From NCBI GenBank assembly GCA_943788175.1, contig CALSPG010000007.1, forward strand, positions 1-64,000: a stretch of DNA of 64,000 bases, given 5' to 3'. Both the position numbers and the translations under genes were made by a program. The first letter of the stretch is position 1; every line of letters starts with the position of its first letter. Source of the DNA: an uncultured bacterium. Its GTDB lineage: Bacteria; Fidelibacterota; Marinisomatia; Marinisomatales; UBA1611. Below the pieces are notes generated by a model, which was not told the DNA's origin, did not search any database, and saw only the letters and a list, made by a program, of their open reading frames with translations. This document shows, piece by piece, positions 53,167 to 64,000 of the stretch.

Positions 53167-54502
53167 ATTTCCCAACACAAAAACCTGAAAAAACACTATC
53201 GAGTACATCATCTGAGGTGGTTTTCCCGAGAAGATTGTCAAAGTAACCTATAGCCACTTTTATGTGGTGCGCTAAAAGCTCGAGGTTTTTTTCTTTGTTT
53301 GTAATAAGTGGTTTAAGCTCGGACTGTATTTGTAGGAGTACGTTCTCCTGCCTTTTTGATGTTAAAAAAAGGTTGTTGTTTTTTGCTGTAATCTGAAAAA
53401 TAAGACCCTCAATTTTTAAAAGAAGATTACTAATACCTTGTTTTTCTTTTGCAGATATAAAAACAAAACCAGGGTTTTTATCTTTAAGTGTTTTTAATAG
53501 GTCGCTATCTAAGAGATCAATTTTGTTTAAGATATGGATTGTGTTTTTATTGTTTATGGTTTTGTTTTGTTTTGATACAGAATTAAACAAAGAAAGAACA
53601 ATATCTGCATTCTTTATTTCATTTTTAGTTCGTTCAATTCCTTTTTGTTCAACTAGGTTTTTGGTTTTTCGTATTCCAGCGGTATCTACAAACACCACAT
53701 TGTTTTTATTGAGGATAAGCCCTTCTTCGATTGTGTCTCTGGTTGTACCGGGAACAGCGGTTACAATTGCGCGTTCATGTTTAAGTAAAGTGTTAAATAG
53801 AGTTGACTTACCGGTGTTGGGCTCACCGCATATTACTACACGCGCACCAGATGTCAAGATCTTAGATGTTTGCCCAGATGATAAATAGTGGTTAACGTTT
53901 TTTATTGTTTTCTTTAGTTTCTTGTGAACCTCAGTAGTTGTTGTTTTTTGATTTTCTGTTTCCGAGATATCTAATTCATATTCCAATAAAGCAAGAGCGC
54001 TAACTAAAAAATTTTTGGTGTTCTGCAACTCATTTGTTGCAAAGCCGGACACACTGTTGAGTGATAGGTTTACACCTGAAGCTGATGTTGAATTAATAAG
54101 TAAAAGAACGCTCTCAGCTTGAACAAGATCTATTTTACCGTTCAAGTAGGCTGTTTTTGTAAACTCGCCGGGTTCTGCTGGGCGCACCCCCATCTCTAAC
54201 AGTTTTTTTGACAGTGTGTTAATTATGGTGGGGTTACCATGTGTGTGAATTTCAACTAAATCTTCACCGGTATAAGATTTAGGTTTTTTATAATAAGTAG
54301 AGATTGAATTGTCAATTAAATCATTGTTTTTATTATATATATTAACCAGTAAGTTTTTTGCGTGTTTTATATCTTTTTTTTTCTTCTTTGATAGTTGCAG
54401 TAAAGTATCAAGAGCCTTCTCACCGTTAATTCTAATTGTGGCTGTTGCAGATCTACCCATCGGTGTAGAAAGAGCAAAAAAAGTTTCTTTAGTTGTTAAC
54501 AA
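53165..54502 (-). CDS. mnmE: tRNA modification GTPase MnmE/TrmE
   Basis: SYTGED.VEIH.HG, AEPGEFT, GEPNTGKS, GTTRD, DTAG, NKID, C-terminal FCVGK. Confidence 0.96.
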   Translation of the reverse strand: MLTTKETFFALSTPMGRSATATIRINGEKALDTLLQLSKKKKKDIKHAKNLLVNIYNKNNDLIDNSISTYYKKPKSYTGEDLVEIHTHGNPTIINTLSKKLLEMGVRPAEPGEFTKTAYLNGKIDLVQAESVLLLINSTSASGVNLSLNSVSGFATNELQNTKNFLVSALALLEYELDISETENQKTTTTEVHKKLKKTIKNVNHYLSSGQTSKILTSGARVVICGEPNTGKSTLFNTLLKHERAIVTAVPGTTRDTIEEGLILNKNNVVFVDTAGIRKTKNLVEQKGIERTKNEIKNADIVLSLFNSVSKQNKTINNKNTIHILNKIDLLDSDLLKTLKDKNPGFVFISAKEKQGISNLLLKIEGLIFQITAKNNNLFLTSKRQENVLLQIQSELKPLITNKEKNLELLAHHIKVAIGYFDNLLGKTTSDDVLDSVFSGFCVGK

Positions 54503-54935
54503 CTTTCCAACCTTCTTTTTTCTTTATATAGTAGTCGCTTACTGGTTGTGTTTTTATTAAAACCACCTTTTGTTTTTTTGATTTATTTATACTTAAAAAC
54601 TGAATATTTTTTGCAAAAAACAAACAAGCTCTATCTATTTTATGTATTACAAGTTCATAAAAAACAGCGGTTAACAGTTTGTTTTTTTTATACGTTTTTT
54701 TATCTATAATAAAACTAAATAATAGCGATGAAAACGACCTCACCTTACCTTGTTTTTCTCTTGTTTTCTTTTGATTTATGCATTGTGGTTCTGTTTTTTT
54801 TGATACCCGGTATTTTTGTAAAAAAACAATTCTCCGGTTGCTGGTATTATATTTATGTTTCTCAAAAGTTATTCTTCTTTTAAAGTTTTCTCTTTTCTGT
54901 TTTTTTTGTTTTTGATGGGATTGTTTGATTCTTTA
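54489..54935 (-). pseudogene. Lysine-rich degenerate ORF at the position normally occupied by jag/khpB
   Basis: Frame of ORF 54489-54743 stays open to about 54935 without a standard start; no clear KH or R3H motif; assignment rests on position only. Confidence 0.2.
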
Positions 54936-55006
54936 AACAACCAAAACAAAAAAAACCCTCTATGTTTTGTCACGAATCATAAAGGTAATAAAAACAATGT
55001 TATACC

Positions 55007-56689
55007 TTACGAAACAACAGGGTTTTTCGCTTGCGTGTTCCCTGTTAGTTTTTGTTGCGCTATTGTTAGCACATTAAACAAAGTATAATACAGGTTAAGT
55101 CCAGATGGAAAACTGTTAAACAGAAGAAAGAAAAATCCCATCATAAAATATTGCATAATTTTTTGTTGTTCTGCTTGTGGGCCTGTAGTTGCTTGTGGTG
55201 TCATCATTTTTTGCTGTGCAAACATTGATAGCGCCATCAATATTGGAAGGGCGCAAACATAGTCACCGTATAAAGGTACTTTGAATGGGAGGTAAAAAAT
55301 CACATCTGGTGCTGAAAGGTCTTTTATCCAAAAAATAAAAGGTTCTCCCCTTAATTCTATCGTTGACCTAAACACTGTAAATAAAGCAAACAAAAGTGGC
55401 ATCTGCAGCATCATTGGGAAACACGATCCAAGTGGGTTAACGCCTTTTTTCTTATAAAGCTCCATTGTTGCTTGGTTAAGCTTTGTTGGGTTGTTTTTAT
55501 ATTTTTCTTTTAATGATGCTATTTCTGGTTGGATTGCTTGCATTGCTTGTGTTGATTGATAACTTTTTTTCGTTAGTGGATAAACAATCAACTTTATTAA
55601 AATTGAAAAAATTATTAGAATTACCCCATAGTTAGGTATAAAACCATGCATGGTTTTTAAAACCCACAATACACCTTTTGATATTGGCCTTACTATCGCC
55701 CAGCCAAAGTCCATTACAGACTCAAGGTTAACACCAAGGTTTTTAATTCTATCATATTCTAGTGGGCCTAAATAAAGAGATGTATTAGCAACCCTGTTTG
55801 ATTCAAGGGATGCATAAACGCTGTAAAGTTCGTCTTTTGAGAAAGAAGCCGATATTGCTGAGCTAATAAATTGACCCCCCGAGTCGTCAAACAAGGAAGC
55901 AATAAAGTATTTACTTCTTGTTGCCACCCAACCCGTTTGTCCCTTATAGTCATTAGAAAAGGTTTCATCTTTTCCTACTTTTACATCTACCAGCTCATCG
56001 CCCTGATAAACATATGAGTAAAAGTAAGTACTTTCACTTACGCTGTCTTTTTCTGTTGGTGGTAAGCCCCCAACCCAACCTAAGGTGTATGTATTGCCAA
56101 GTGTGTTAGCTGCTATTTCTGTAATGTCGGTATCTATATCTATCACAAACCTGTCAGGGTGAAAGGTTAATGCTTTTGTTATTTTTCCTTTTCCCAGGTT
56201 ATTTGTATAGATCAGGGTCTTTGAATTGTCTATATAAAAATTATCACCTTTAAATTGTTGTACCCACCCACTATTAATATCTACAAGTTCACCATTAAAA
56301 TTTTTAAAACTGATTAACAGGTTGTTCTTATTGTTGTTTGAAGAAAGGTTGACAAAACTACTATCACTTTTCAGGTGGTCTTTTATTTCGAAAGAAGTAA
56401 TTGAGCCTCCATTTTTTGAACTAATGGTTGCTATGTATAAATCGTTTTCAATCTTAACAAGGTTTTCAACGCTAGATTCGTCTAGAATGGTTAAGTCGCT
56501 GTTTCCTTCTTGGTTTAACGCGCTTTCATATTCCCGATAAACCACGGGTTGCTCTGTTGTTTCAGTGGAATTATTAAAGGTTTCTTCAATTGGGTCGACA
56601 TCAGGAGAAACTAGCTTTATGTAATAAGGTGTAACAATAAGCACCAACGTAATTAATAAAAGCGCTGTAATTGTGTTTCTATCCATCAT
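55007..56689 (-). CDS. yidC: Membrane protein insertase YidC
   Basis: LYLGP, DFGW, NYGVILI, GVNPLGSCFP..QMP, WIKDLSAPD, PSGLNLY. Confidence 0.96.
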   Translation of the reverse strand: MMDRNTITALLLITLVLIVTPYYIKLVSPDVDPIEETFNNSTETTEQPVVYREYESALNQEGNSDLTILDESSVENLVKIENDLYIATISSKNGGSITSFEIKDHLKSDSSFVNLSSNNNKNNLLISFKNFNGELVDINSGWVQQFKGDNFYIDNSKTLIYTNNLGKGKITKALTFHPDRFVIDIDTDITEIAANTLGNTYTLGWVGGLPPTEKDSVSESTYFYSYVYQGDELVDVKVGKDETFSNDYKGQTGWVATRSKYFIASLFDDSGGQFISSAISASFSKDELYSVYASLESNRVANTSLYLGPLEYDRIKNLGVNLESVMDFGWAIVRPISKGVLWVLKTMHGFIPNYGVILIIFSILIKLIVYPLTKKSYQSTQAMQAIQPEIASLKEKYKNNPTKLNQATMELYKKKGVNPLGSCFPMMLQMPLLFALFTVFRSTIELRGEPFIFWIKDLSAPDVIFYLPFKVPLYGDYVCALPILMALSMFAQQKMMTPQATTGPQAEQQKIMQYFMMGFFFLLFNSFPSGLNLYYTLFNVLTIAQQKLTGNTQAKNPVVS

Positions 56690-56795
56690 AGTGTAGACCT
56701 TTTATATTGATATAAAATCAAAAAAAGTATGATTATATAGTAAGGGTGTGTGAGTAAGTATGTAAAGTAGTGGAAAGCAGCTTTAGGTTATTCAC

Positions 56796-56930
56796 CTAAG
56801 CAGAAAGGACCTTACGTCCTTTTTTTCTTCTTCTACGCAAGACAGCTCTTCCTCCAACAGTTGCCATTCTGGAGCGAAATCCGTGCTTGTTTTTACGTTT
56901 ACGTTTACTTGGTTGATATGTTCTTTTCAT
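56796..56930 (-). CDS. rpmH: 50S ribosomal protein L34
   Basis: [24 protein letters not shown]..; true start at 56930. Confidence 0.97.
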   Translation of the reverse strand: MKRTYQPSKRKRKNKHGFRSRMATVGGRAVLRRRRKKGRKVLSA

Positions 56931-57065
56931 AGTGTATACTTTATTTAAAAAGCCGAGAAAGATACGAAAGATGAATGTATAAGACAAATTTTATAAAATT
57001 TTTATTTTTTAACAAAACTTCTTAGTGGTAGTAAAAAATTCAAGTAATTTAAAAGGCGGAGCAAA

Positions 57066-57085
57066 TGTGGATAACTTGTGGATAA
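57066..57085. promoter_or_regulatory. Tandem DnaA boxes just upstream of dnaA
   Basis: TGTGGATAA at 57066-57074 and 57077-57085, 9 nt before the ATG. Confidence 0.85.
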
Positions 57086-57094
57086 ATAAAAAAT

Positions 57095-58432
57095 ATGGTT
57101 AAAGATACTTGGGGAAAGATAAAAAACGAACTAAAAGAGCAGTTACCGGCGCACACAATTAGTACCTGGTTTGAACCGATTTGCCCAATAGCTTTTGATG
57201 AAAAAGAATTAATTCTTGAGGTTCCTAATCAGTTTTTTTACGATTGGATCGAATCTCACTATAGGCAAAACATAGATAGGGCTCTCGAAAATCTCGAAAT
57301 AAAAGAGGTTAATACAAAGTTTATCATATCTGCAGAAACGCAAAATGTAGAACAGGGTGAAAAACAAGATCACACACCTTCAAAAAAGTCACATCTAATA
57401 CCTATTTTAAACTCAGATCATGTTTTTGAGACCTTTATTGAGGGTTCAAATAACCAATTCGCTAAGACAGCTGCTGAAGCAGTAGCAGAAAACCCCGGGA
57501 AACAATCTTTTAATCCACTCATTATATATGGTGGCACCGGATTGGGGAAAACACACCTTTTGCATGCAATCGGTAATCGGGTAATAGAAACCCAACCCGA
57601 AAAAAGAGTGGTTATAGCAACAAGTGAAAAATTCACCTTGGATTTTGTTAATGGTTTAAGAAAAAACAGAACAGTGGAGTTTGCCAAACAATATAGAAAC
57701 GCAGATTTACTGCTAATAGATGATATTCAGTTTTTTAAAGGTAAAGAACAAACGCAAGAACAGTTTTTTCATACATTTAATGAGTTGTATCAATCTGGAA
57801 AGCAGATTGTGTTAACTGCAGATAGGTATCCAGGTGAGATGCAAGGGCTACAAGATCGCTTGTTGTCTCGTTTTCAATCTGGGTTGTCTGTTGATATCCA
57901 ACCACCTGATTTCGAAGTGCGCGTAGCTATTCTTATGGATAAGGCAGAGCGAAACGGGGTAGACCTTCCTTACGATGTTATTGAATTTATCGCAACACAC
58001 ATGCGAACAAATATACGCGACCTAGAAGGAACGGTGATACGGTTGCTTGCAAGGTCTTCTTTAATGAATCAAGATATTGACCAATCTCTTGTGAAAGACG
58101 TTGTTAAAGAGAGGGTTGGAGAACAGGCAAGTAGAGATTTATCTATGGAAGACGTTGTGCGAAAAGTGGTCGAAATTACCGGTGTTGACGAAAACAACAT
58201 TGTTGGGAAAAGTAGAAAAAAAGAAATAGTGGAGGCGAGGCAAACAGCGATGTTTCTTTGCAGAAGTTTGTTAGATGCTTCCTTAAGCAGTGTTGGTTTG
58301 TTTTTTGGAGGGCGCGACCACACAACGGTCATGCACGCGATTAAAACAATTGAACAAAAAAAGACAAAAAAAACAAAGGTTAATCAAAACATTAATCAAA
58401 TCACAAGCGATTTCAACACGGATTTTTTTTAA
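57095..58432 (+). CDS. dnaA: Chromosomal replication initiator DnaA
   Basis: FNPL.IYGGTGLGKTHL, LIDDIQF, QEQFFHTFN, NIRDLEG, FGGRDHTTVMHA. Confidence 0.98.
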   Translation: MVKDTWGKIKNELKEQLPAHTISTWFEPICPIAFDEKELILEVPNQFFYDWIESHYRQNIDRALENLEIKEVNTKFIISAETQNVEQGEKQDHTPSKKSHLIPILNSDHVFETFIEGSNNQFAKTAAEAVAENPGKQSFNPLIIYGGTGLGKTHLLHAIGNRVIETQPEKRVVIATSEKFTLDFVNGLRKNRTVEFAKQYRNADLLLIDDIQFFKGKEQTQEQFFHTFNELYQSGKQIVLTADRYPGEMQGLQDRLLSRFQSGLSVDIQPPDFEVRVAILMDKAERNGVDLPYDVIEFIATHMRTNIRDLEGTVIRLLARSSLMNQDIDQSLVKDVVKERVGEQASRDLSMEDVVRKVVEITGVDENNIVGKSRKKEIVEARQTAMFLCRSLLDASLSSVGLFFGGRDHTTVMHAIKTIEQKKTKKTKVNQNINQITSDFNTDFF

Positions 58433-58519
58433 AAAATTAGATTTATGGTGTAAATACTTTAATTGTTTCAAAATTAAAGCTGTAAAAAGTTAAAAACTGT
58501 GTAATTGACAATCTATTTC

Positions 58520-58548
58520 TTGACCAATGTAAAAATCTTAATTATATT
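58520..58548 (+). promoter_or_regulatory. Sigma70-type promoter TTGACC-17-TATATT for the large surface protein
   Basis: Consensus-like spacing; GGAGGA RBS at 58639-58644 before ATG 58652. Confidence 0.5.
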
Positions 58549-58651
58549 ATTTGTGGGACCTGTGTAAGTTTTTTTCATTTAAGTCTACCCCGGGTTCCTC
58601 CACAAACCACGAAATTTGAGTTATTTACTATAATCTAGGGAGGAAATTAGT

Positions 58652-61600
58652 ATGTTCAAAATGGTAACTATGTTTATGATTGTTTCTTTTTTTACAGCAT
58701 ATGGAAACAATGTTGTTTTAAATGAGAGCAATATTCAGATAAGCAAAACATCTAAAAAAGATGTAAAAAAGGTAGAGTATCAAAAGCAGAATTTATATGG
58801 TGCTGATAGAACAGTAAAGCGGCAGCTGTCTTCAAATTTAAAAGTCAAAAAAAAATTAAATAACAAAGTCAATCTTAAAGATGGTAAAGGGCAGGTGTCA
58901 GCCGCACAATTAAACCAGTCGGCTAAGCCAAAAGAGGGCGCAATAATTAAAGAAAGATATGTTTCGAATAAAAAACTTAATGTTGGTCCGAGAAAATCTA
59001 TATCAGAAAGTCAGATTTCTAGAAACACTCGTGACCATGAAACGTTGTTTTTCTCAGAATATGCTGAGGGTACTAGTTATAATAAATATTTTGAAATTTA
59101 TAATGGCACAGGGTCTGATGTTGACTTGTCTGGTTACGCATTTCCAAGTGTGTCAAATGACCAAGATGATGCGCAAACGTATGACTTCTGGAACACCTTT
59201 AGTGACGGTGCAACAATAGCTGATGGTGATGTTTATGTTGTTTGTAACGGACAGGCTGATGCATCAATTCTTGTAGAATGTGATCAGACTTGGGGTTATT
59301 TTCCTAGTGGGGACGATGCGATTGGATTGGTTCAGGGTACAGCGGACAGTTATACAGTCATTGATGTAATTGGAGATAATTTTACTTCATTAGATTATGA
59401 GAGAGGCCCTTGGGATGTTGCTGGAACTTCAAATAGCACGCAAAATAAAACAATAGTTAGAAAACCGAGTGTCGCTGCTGGAAACTCAGATTGGGATGCT
59501 TCTGCGGGAACTAATGTGGATGATTCTGAATGGATTGTTTATGATAGCAATACCTGGACTAACTTAGGTTCACATGAAGTAGAACAAGAAGATGGTCCTT
59601 ATTTATCAGAGGGTTTTGAGGGAGATGTTTTTCCACCAACTGATTGGGATATGGTTTCATTTGACGATTATGGATATTCAACAACCGCAGGTTGGGCTGT
59701 GGGTGATGCCTCGACGTCGTGTTTTTCTGGGGCGTGTGGTCCAGGTAGTCCAAACTCTGGAGATGCAGCGGCATACTACGATGTATATTCCTATTACTAT
59801 GATGCAAATTCAATGTTGATCACCCCTTCTATTGATTTGTCTGGGGCTACAGCGCCGAAACTTTCTTTTTATCTTTGGGATGAGTATCATAGTTCTTCGT
59901 ATGGTTACCCATTAGAGGTTTTCATTTCCACAGACGGCGGAGCTTCATTTGGAAGCGCTGTTTATCAAGCACCGACAGCTTCTTTCCCTAACTTTGTAAC
60001 AGATGGCTGGGAAAAAATTGACGTTGATCTTTCTGGTTATGTTGGTCAATCAATACATATTGGTTTTAAAAGCACCAGCGATTGGGGCTCTGACAACCCA
60101 CATTTAGATGACATTGTAGTAGAAGAACCACCTACATACCCAATTGCAGGAGTTTCTACTGAGATTATTGACTTTGGGGTAATTAAAGTGACAGATACTA
60201 AAACAGAAAGTTTTAGCGTAAATAATACCGGTGGGGCGGCATTATCATGGACGGCGTTAAGCGATGGTTCTTTGTTTACAATTAGCTCTTCTTCGGGGTC
60301 TGTTGATCCTGGCGCTATGGCTGATATATCTGTAACCTACACACCTACTAGTGCTGGCGTAATTGACACTGCTTACGTTATTATTACGCACGATGCTGAG
60401 TTAGTCCGGATTCTGTTTTTCTAATTGGTTCAGCTCACAACGACCTTTATCGCACTAGTTTTGAAGAGCCGTGGTCTGTAGCTACAGACACAAGGCCTTC
60501 TTCTCCACCAGGTTGGAGCCACATAAAAGTTAGTGGCGAAGGCGGTTGGGGCCAATACAGTACCATCAGCGCTACAGATGGTGGTAATGTTGCTCGTGCT
60601 TACTACAGTGGTACTAATGATGATGACGTCGATTTGGACGGTGTTGCTGATAACCCTGGAGAACATTTACTTATTTCACCAGCGTTAGATCTTTCTTCTG
60701 GTAGCACAGGTTTTAAATTAACCTTTGATGCACTTTCTTCTTCTTACACTGAAACAAGATTAGAAGTTCAGATATCATCACAAAATACAGACGCTTCATC
60801 AGGTTGGACAACTCTTGGTAGTTATGTTTATGGTGATAATTTAACAACTTCAATGTCTGAACAAGCTATTAGCCTTAGCGATTACAGTGACGGAACTTAT
60901 TATATCGGTTTTAGGATGTTTGATGAAAATGGATACTATATATATGTTGATGATGTTAAGGTTGAGCCGCTCCCAGAAACAGCTGAGCTTTCGGTTGCCG
61001 CTACTGATTTACCATATCCTGCAACACCAATAGGCTCTACTGTTTCAGAAACAATCACGATTACTAATACCGGAGCTGTAACTCTTACGGGAACAATTAC
61101 TTATCCAGATGGATTCACAGGCCCAGCTGACTTTAGCACTGATGATAATGTAGATGTTGCAATTTCTTACTCCCCAACAACGGCAGGACTTCACTCTGGT
61201 TCGGTTGTCATTACTTCTAATGGTGGCGATGCATCTATTTTAGTAACTGGAGCTGCTGGTGGCTCTGTAGCAACATGGGATATCGATTACGATGGTGATG
61301 GATATGAAGATTGGCCATTAGGTTGGGATTGGGTTAACTATGATGGTGGTACCCAAGAGTGGGATTTCATGGACTATTCAAGAACTGGTACTGGAAACGC
61401 TGGTGTTAGATATGAGGGGTCTGCTCTCTCTAATGATGACTGGCTTATTTCTCCACAACTAGATGTTGTTGCGGGTGATAAATTTGTATTTTTTGCTAGG
61501 GGTCTTTCTTCTTTCTATACTGAGAGTTTTAACGTGATGCTTTCAACTACAGGAGCAAATGATGTCACTTCTTTTGATGTAACCCTTTTAAGTGATGCTG

Positions 61601-64000
61601 CTATGAGTACTGATTATGTTTCGTTTGAAATTGATCTATCTGCTTATGTAGGAACTCAACCAAGAATAGCTATTCAATACACTGCTTTGGATCAGTATTA
61701 TTTCTTTGTTGATGACATTGCTACTTCTGCGACATATGTACCTAGTGGACCAGCTTTAACGGATTACTATAGTAGTGTTGACTATGGTAATATTCTTGCT
61801 GGGGGAACAAGCTCGTTTAATTGGGATTATGTTAATGGTGGTGGTGCTGACCTTGAAGTGACTGCTGTTGATTTTTCGAATACTTCTTTTTCATTGCCAT
61901 CGGATATTAGTTTACCTGTGGTCACTGTACCTGGTGCAGTAGGTGGGTTTGATGTTGTTTTTTCTCCTCCTGCTGATGTTGATGCTAGTTATTCAGGAAC
62001 TATGACAGTAACTCACAATGGTGGGGATCCTATTGTTGTTAATGTTAGTGGTTATGGTTTGTTTGCTACATATGTTGAAAACTTTGATAATTTAAGTGAA
62101 GGAACAGATTTGCCTTCTGGTTGGACTTCAATGGATGATACAGACGCAAATAGTTGGGTAATAACAGCGACCGGTGGCACGTCAAACTTTTTATTTCACA
62201 GTGATGGAATATCAGGTATAGCAACACAGTATGATACTGTTGTGACAAGCGCTATATCTCTTCCTGCGGTTGTCGATTATCATTATGAATTAGAATTTTC
62301 TGATTATGTGAATTATGGAACCTGGTCTAATTATTCTGGTATTCATATTTCTCAAGATGGAGGATTAACATGGACAGAGATTTACGAAAGCGATTATATT
62401 GATGGTTGGGATACGGGTTTAGTGTTAGACTTGACAGGTTTTGATGGTGGAGATGTACACTTGGCTATTGTTTATGTAGGTGCTTATGATCACGCATATG
62501 GTGTTGATGATTTAATAATTAGATCAAAGCCCGACCCTATTATTCCAATATTATCAGCTTCGAGTTTTATGGTTTTTCCAGCGACAGCAATTGGTGAGCA
62601 AAGCACAAAGTGGCTCTATTTTCAAAATACAGGTTCTGGAGATTATTCTGGAACAGTTACTTATCCAGGTGGTCTTAGCGGCGAAACTAGTATAACTGGA
62701 CTAGCTGAAGGCACGGAAGACTCTATTGCTGTAGCCTATATGCCAACAACGCAAGGTATTATGACAGGATCTATAGTTTTTGATGGGTCCTCATCAGGTG
62801 CAGCTGAAGTCTCTGTTCCTGTTGAAGGTAATGCAGGTGTTCAAGGCGCAACATTTGAAGATAGTTGGATAGGTTGGGATGATTATAGTTTGGTAGGTTA
62901 TCCTTCCACAAGTGGGACTCCAGATACTTGGTTGTGGTTTGGAGGAAGTGGACACTCTGGCCCTAATTATGCAGGCGTATACTCTCACACTGGTAACTGG
63001 GGTGGTGTGAATGATTTCTTAGTTTCGCCTAAATTAGAAGTTGAATCAGGTGATATGCTCTCGTTTTGGGCAAAGGGTGGATATGGTCTTGATTGTGCTT
63101 ATGGAACAACCTTAGGTATTAACACAGACTCTGTAGTTGTTTGGGTAAGTACTGAGATGCCAATAATGGGAATGAATAACGATGGTATTGATACAGGTTT
63201 TGTGAATACGGATGCATTTACAGCTATAGGGGGGGGGACACCTTCTTGTGATACCTGGGATGCTCATAGCTACGACTTGTCTAACTATGCAGGTGATGCT
63301 TGGGTTTTAATCCAATCTGCAAAAGCAGGGTGGATGTTAAAAATAGATGATGTAGCCTATCCTGATATGTACAAGAACCCAAACCCTGTTCTTTATGTTG
63401 GAAAAGAGTATGATTTTGGTGTTACTCAACCCACGATGGTGATTCTGTCCGCTAATTACTCTAAGGAATACTGGTGGTCAGTAGACCTTGTAATAGATTC
63501 TATGGACTTTGATGAACGGCGATGTACTTTCGACGTTGCATATGCAGATAGCACTTTCCCAATTACAATTACTACCTGGCGGCGTTGATAGTATAGATGT
63601 GTATTGGATGCCAGAAATGGAAGGACGTCAGACGGATACATTAAGGTATTTCTCCAGTAATTACACGGTTGGTCAGTTCTGATGCTTTTGGTTTTGGAAC
63701 AGACCATTCTGTTTTCACTGCTGATGCGTTTAACGCTCCACCTGGTGCTGTAATGCTTCTAACGCCAGATCCTACAGCTACTCCATTAGTAACGATAGAT
63801 GCAAATAACGCTACTGGTAGTACTGATTTTTTCTGGACAAATACATCAGATCCTGACGGTACTCCAATAGAGTATATTTTTGAAATAATGGTACCTGGTG
63901 ATACGCTAGATACGCTACTAAGCTCAAATAGTTTTAGCTTAGATCACTCTGAAGTTGTAGAGTTGATGGAAGAATTGTCAGTGACAAGTTTTGATGCCAC
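58652..64000 (+). CDS. Very large secreted/surface protein with lamin-tail domain, cleaved-adhesin/choice-of-anchor-J-like and Ig-like (ASH/choice-of-anchor-D-like) repeats; frameshifts near 60400 and 63440-63700; runs off the window
   Basis: Signal peptide; LFFSEYAEG..NKYFEIYN..VDLSGY (LTD); repeated LISP.LD...DLS.Y.G...I.F...DD and ITNTG...L motifs; ORFs 58652-60424 and 60634-63588 are bridged by an open frame from about 60402. Confidence 0.8.

Noticed and set aside
56931-56987. N-terminal extension of L34 in the ORF track
   Set aside because: The conserved L34 start MKRTYQP begins at 56930.

Overview
AT-rich bacterial chromosome segment. Gene content, gene order and a large FCB-type surface protein suggest a marine FCB-superphylum organism such as Ca. 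Marinimicrobia; this is inference, not a verified assignment. (1) 1-24070 is a divergently transcribed phytate/inositol utilisation locus. Left arm: TonB-dependent receptor, lipoprotein beta-propeller phytase, iolD, iolE, a transaldolase-family enzyme, iolB, a PhoD-like phosphatase and a GlpT/UhpT-type transporter. Right arm: AraR-like GntR/LacI repressor, two IolG-like dehydrogenases, sugar ABC transporter, beta-hydroxyacid dehydrogenase, TIM-barrel isomerase, TRAP transporter, a kinase with the signature of PPi-dependent myo-inositol kinase, and a GntP permease. Three related AraR-type operators overlap the three predicted promoters. iolC, iolJ and iolA are not in the window. The best candidate for an undescribed system is a kinase-free lower inositol pathway: (trans)aldolase cleavage of unphosphorylated 2-deoxy-5-keto-gluconate, followed by reduction of malonate semialdehyde. 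(2) 24073-45853 is housekeeping: GDPD, Ntn acylase, M1 peptidase, DHFR-like, aceE-aceF-lpdA, MATE, psuG, yggS, gyrA, gyrB, dciA, recF, dnaN. (3) 45854-58432 is the origin region: DnaA-box cluster next to dnaN, then surA, a PPIase, mfd, mnmG, mnmE, yidC, rpmH and dnaA. The dnaA-surA block is inverted relative to the canonical order, two parS sites contain predicted start codons, and rnpA/yidD are absent. (4) 58652-end is a very large secreted LTD/adhesin/Ig-repeat protein. Several genes carry small frameshifts, most likely sequencing errors. No rRNA, tRNA, CRISPR array or mobile element was recognised.
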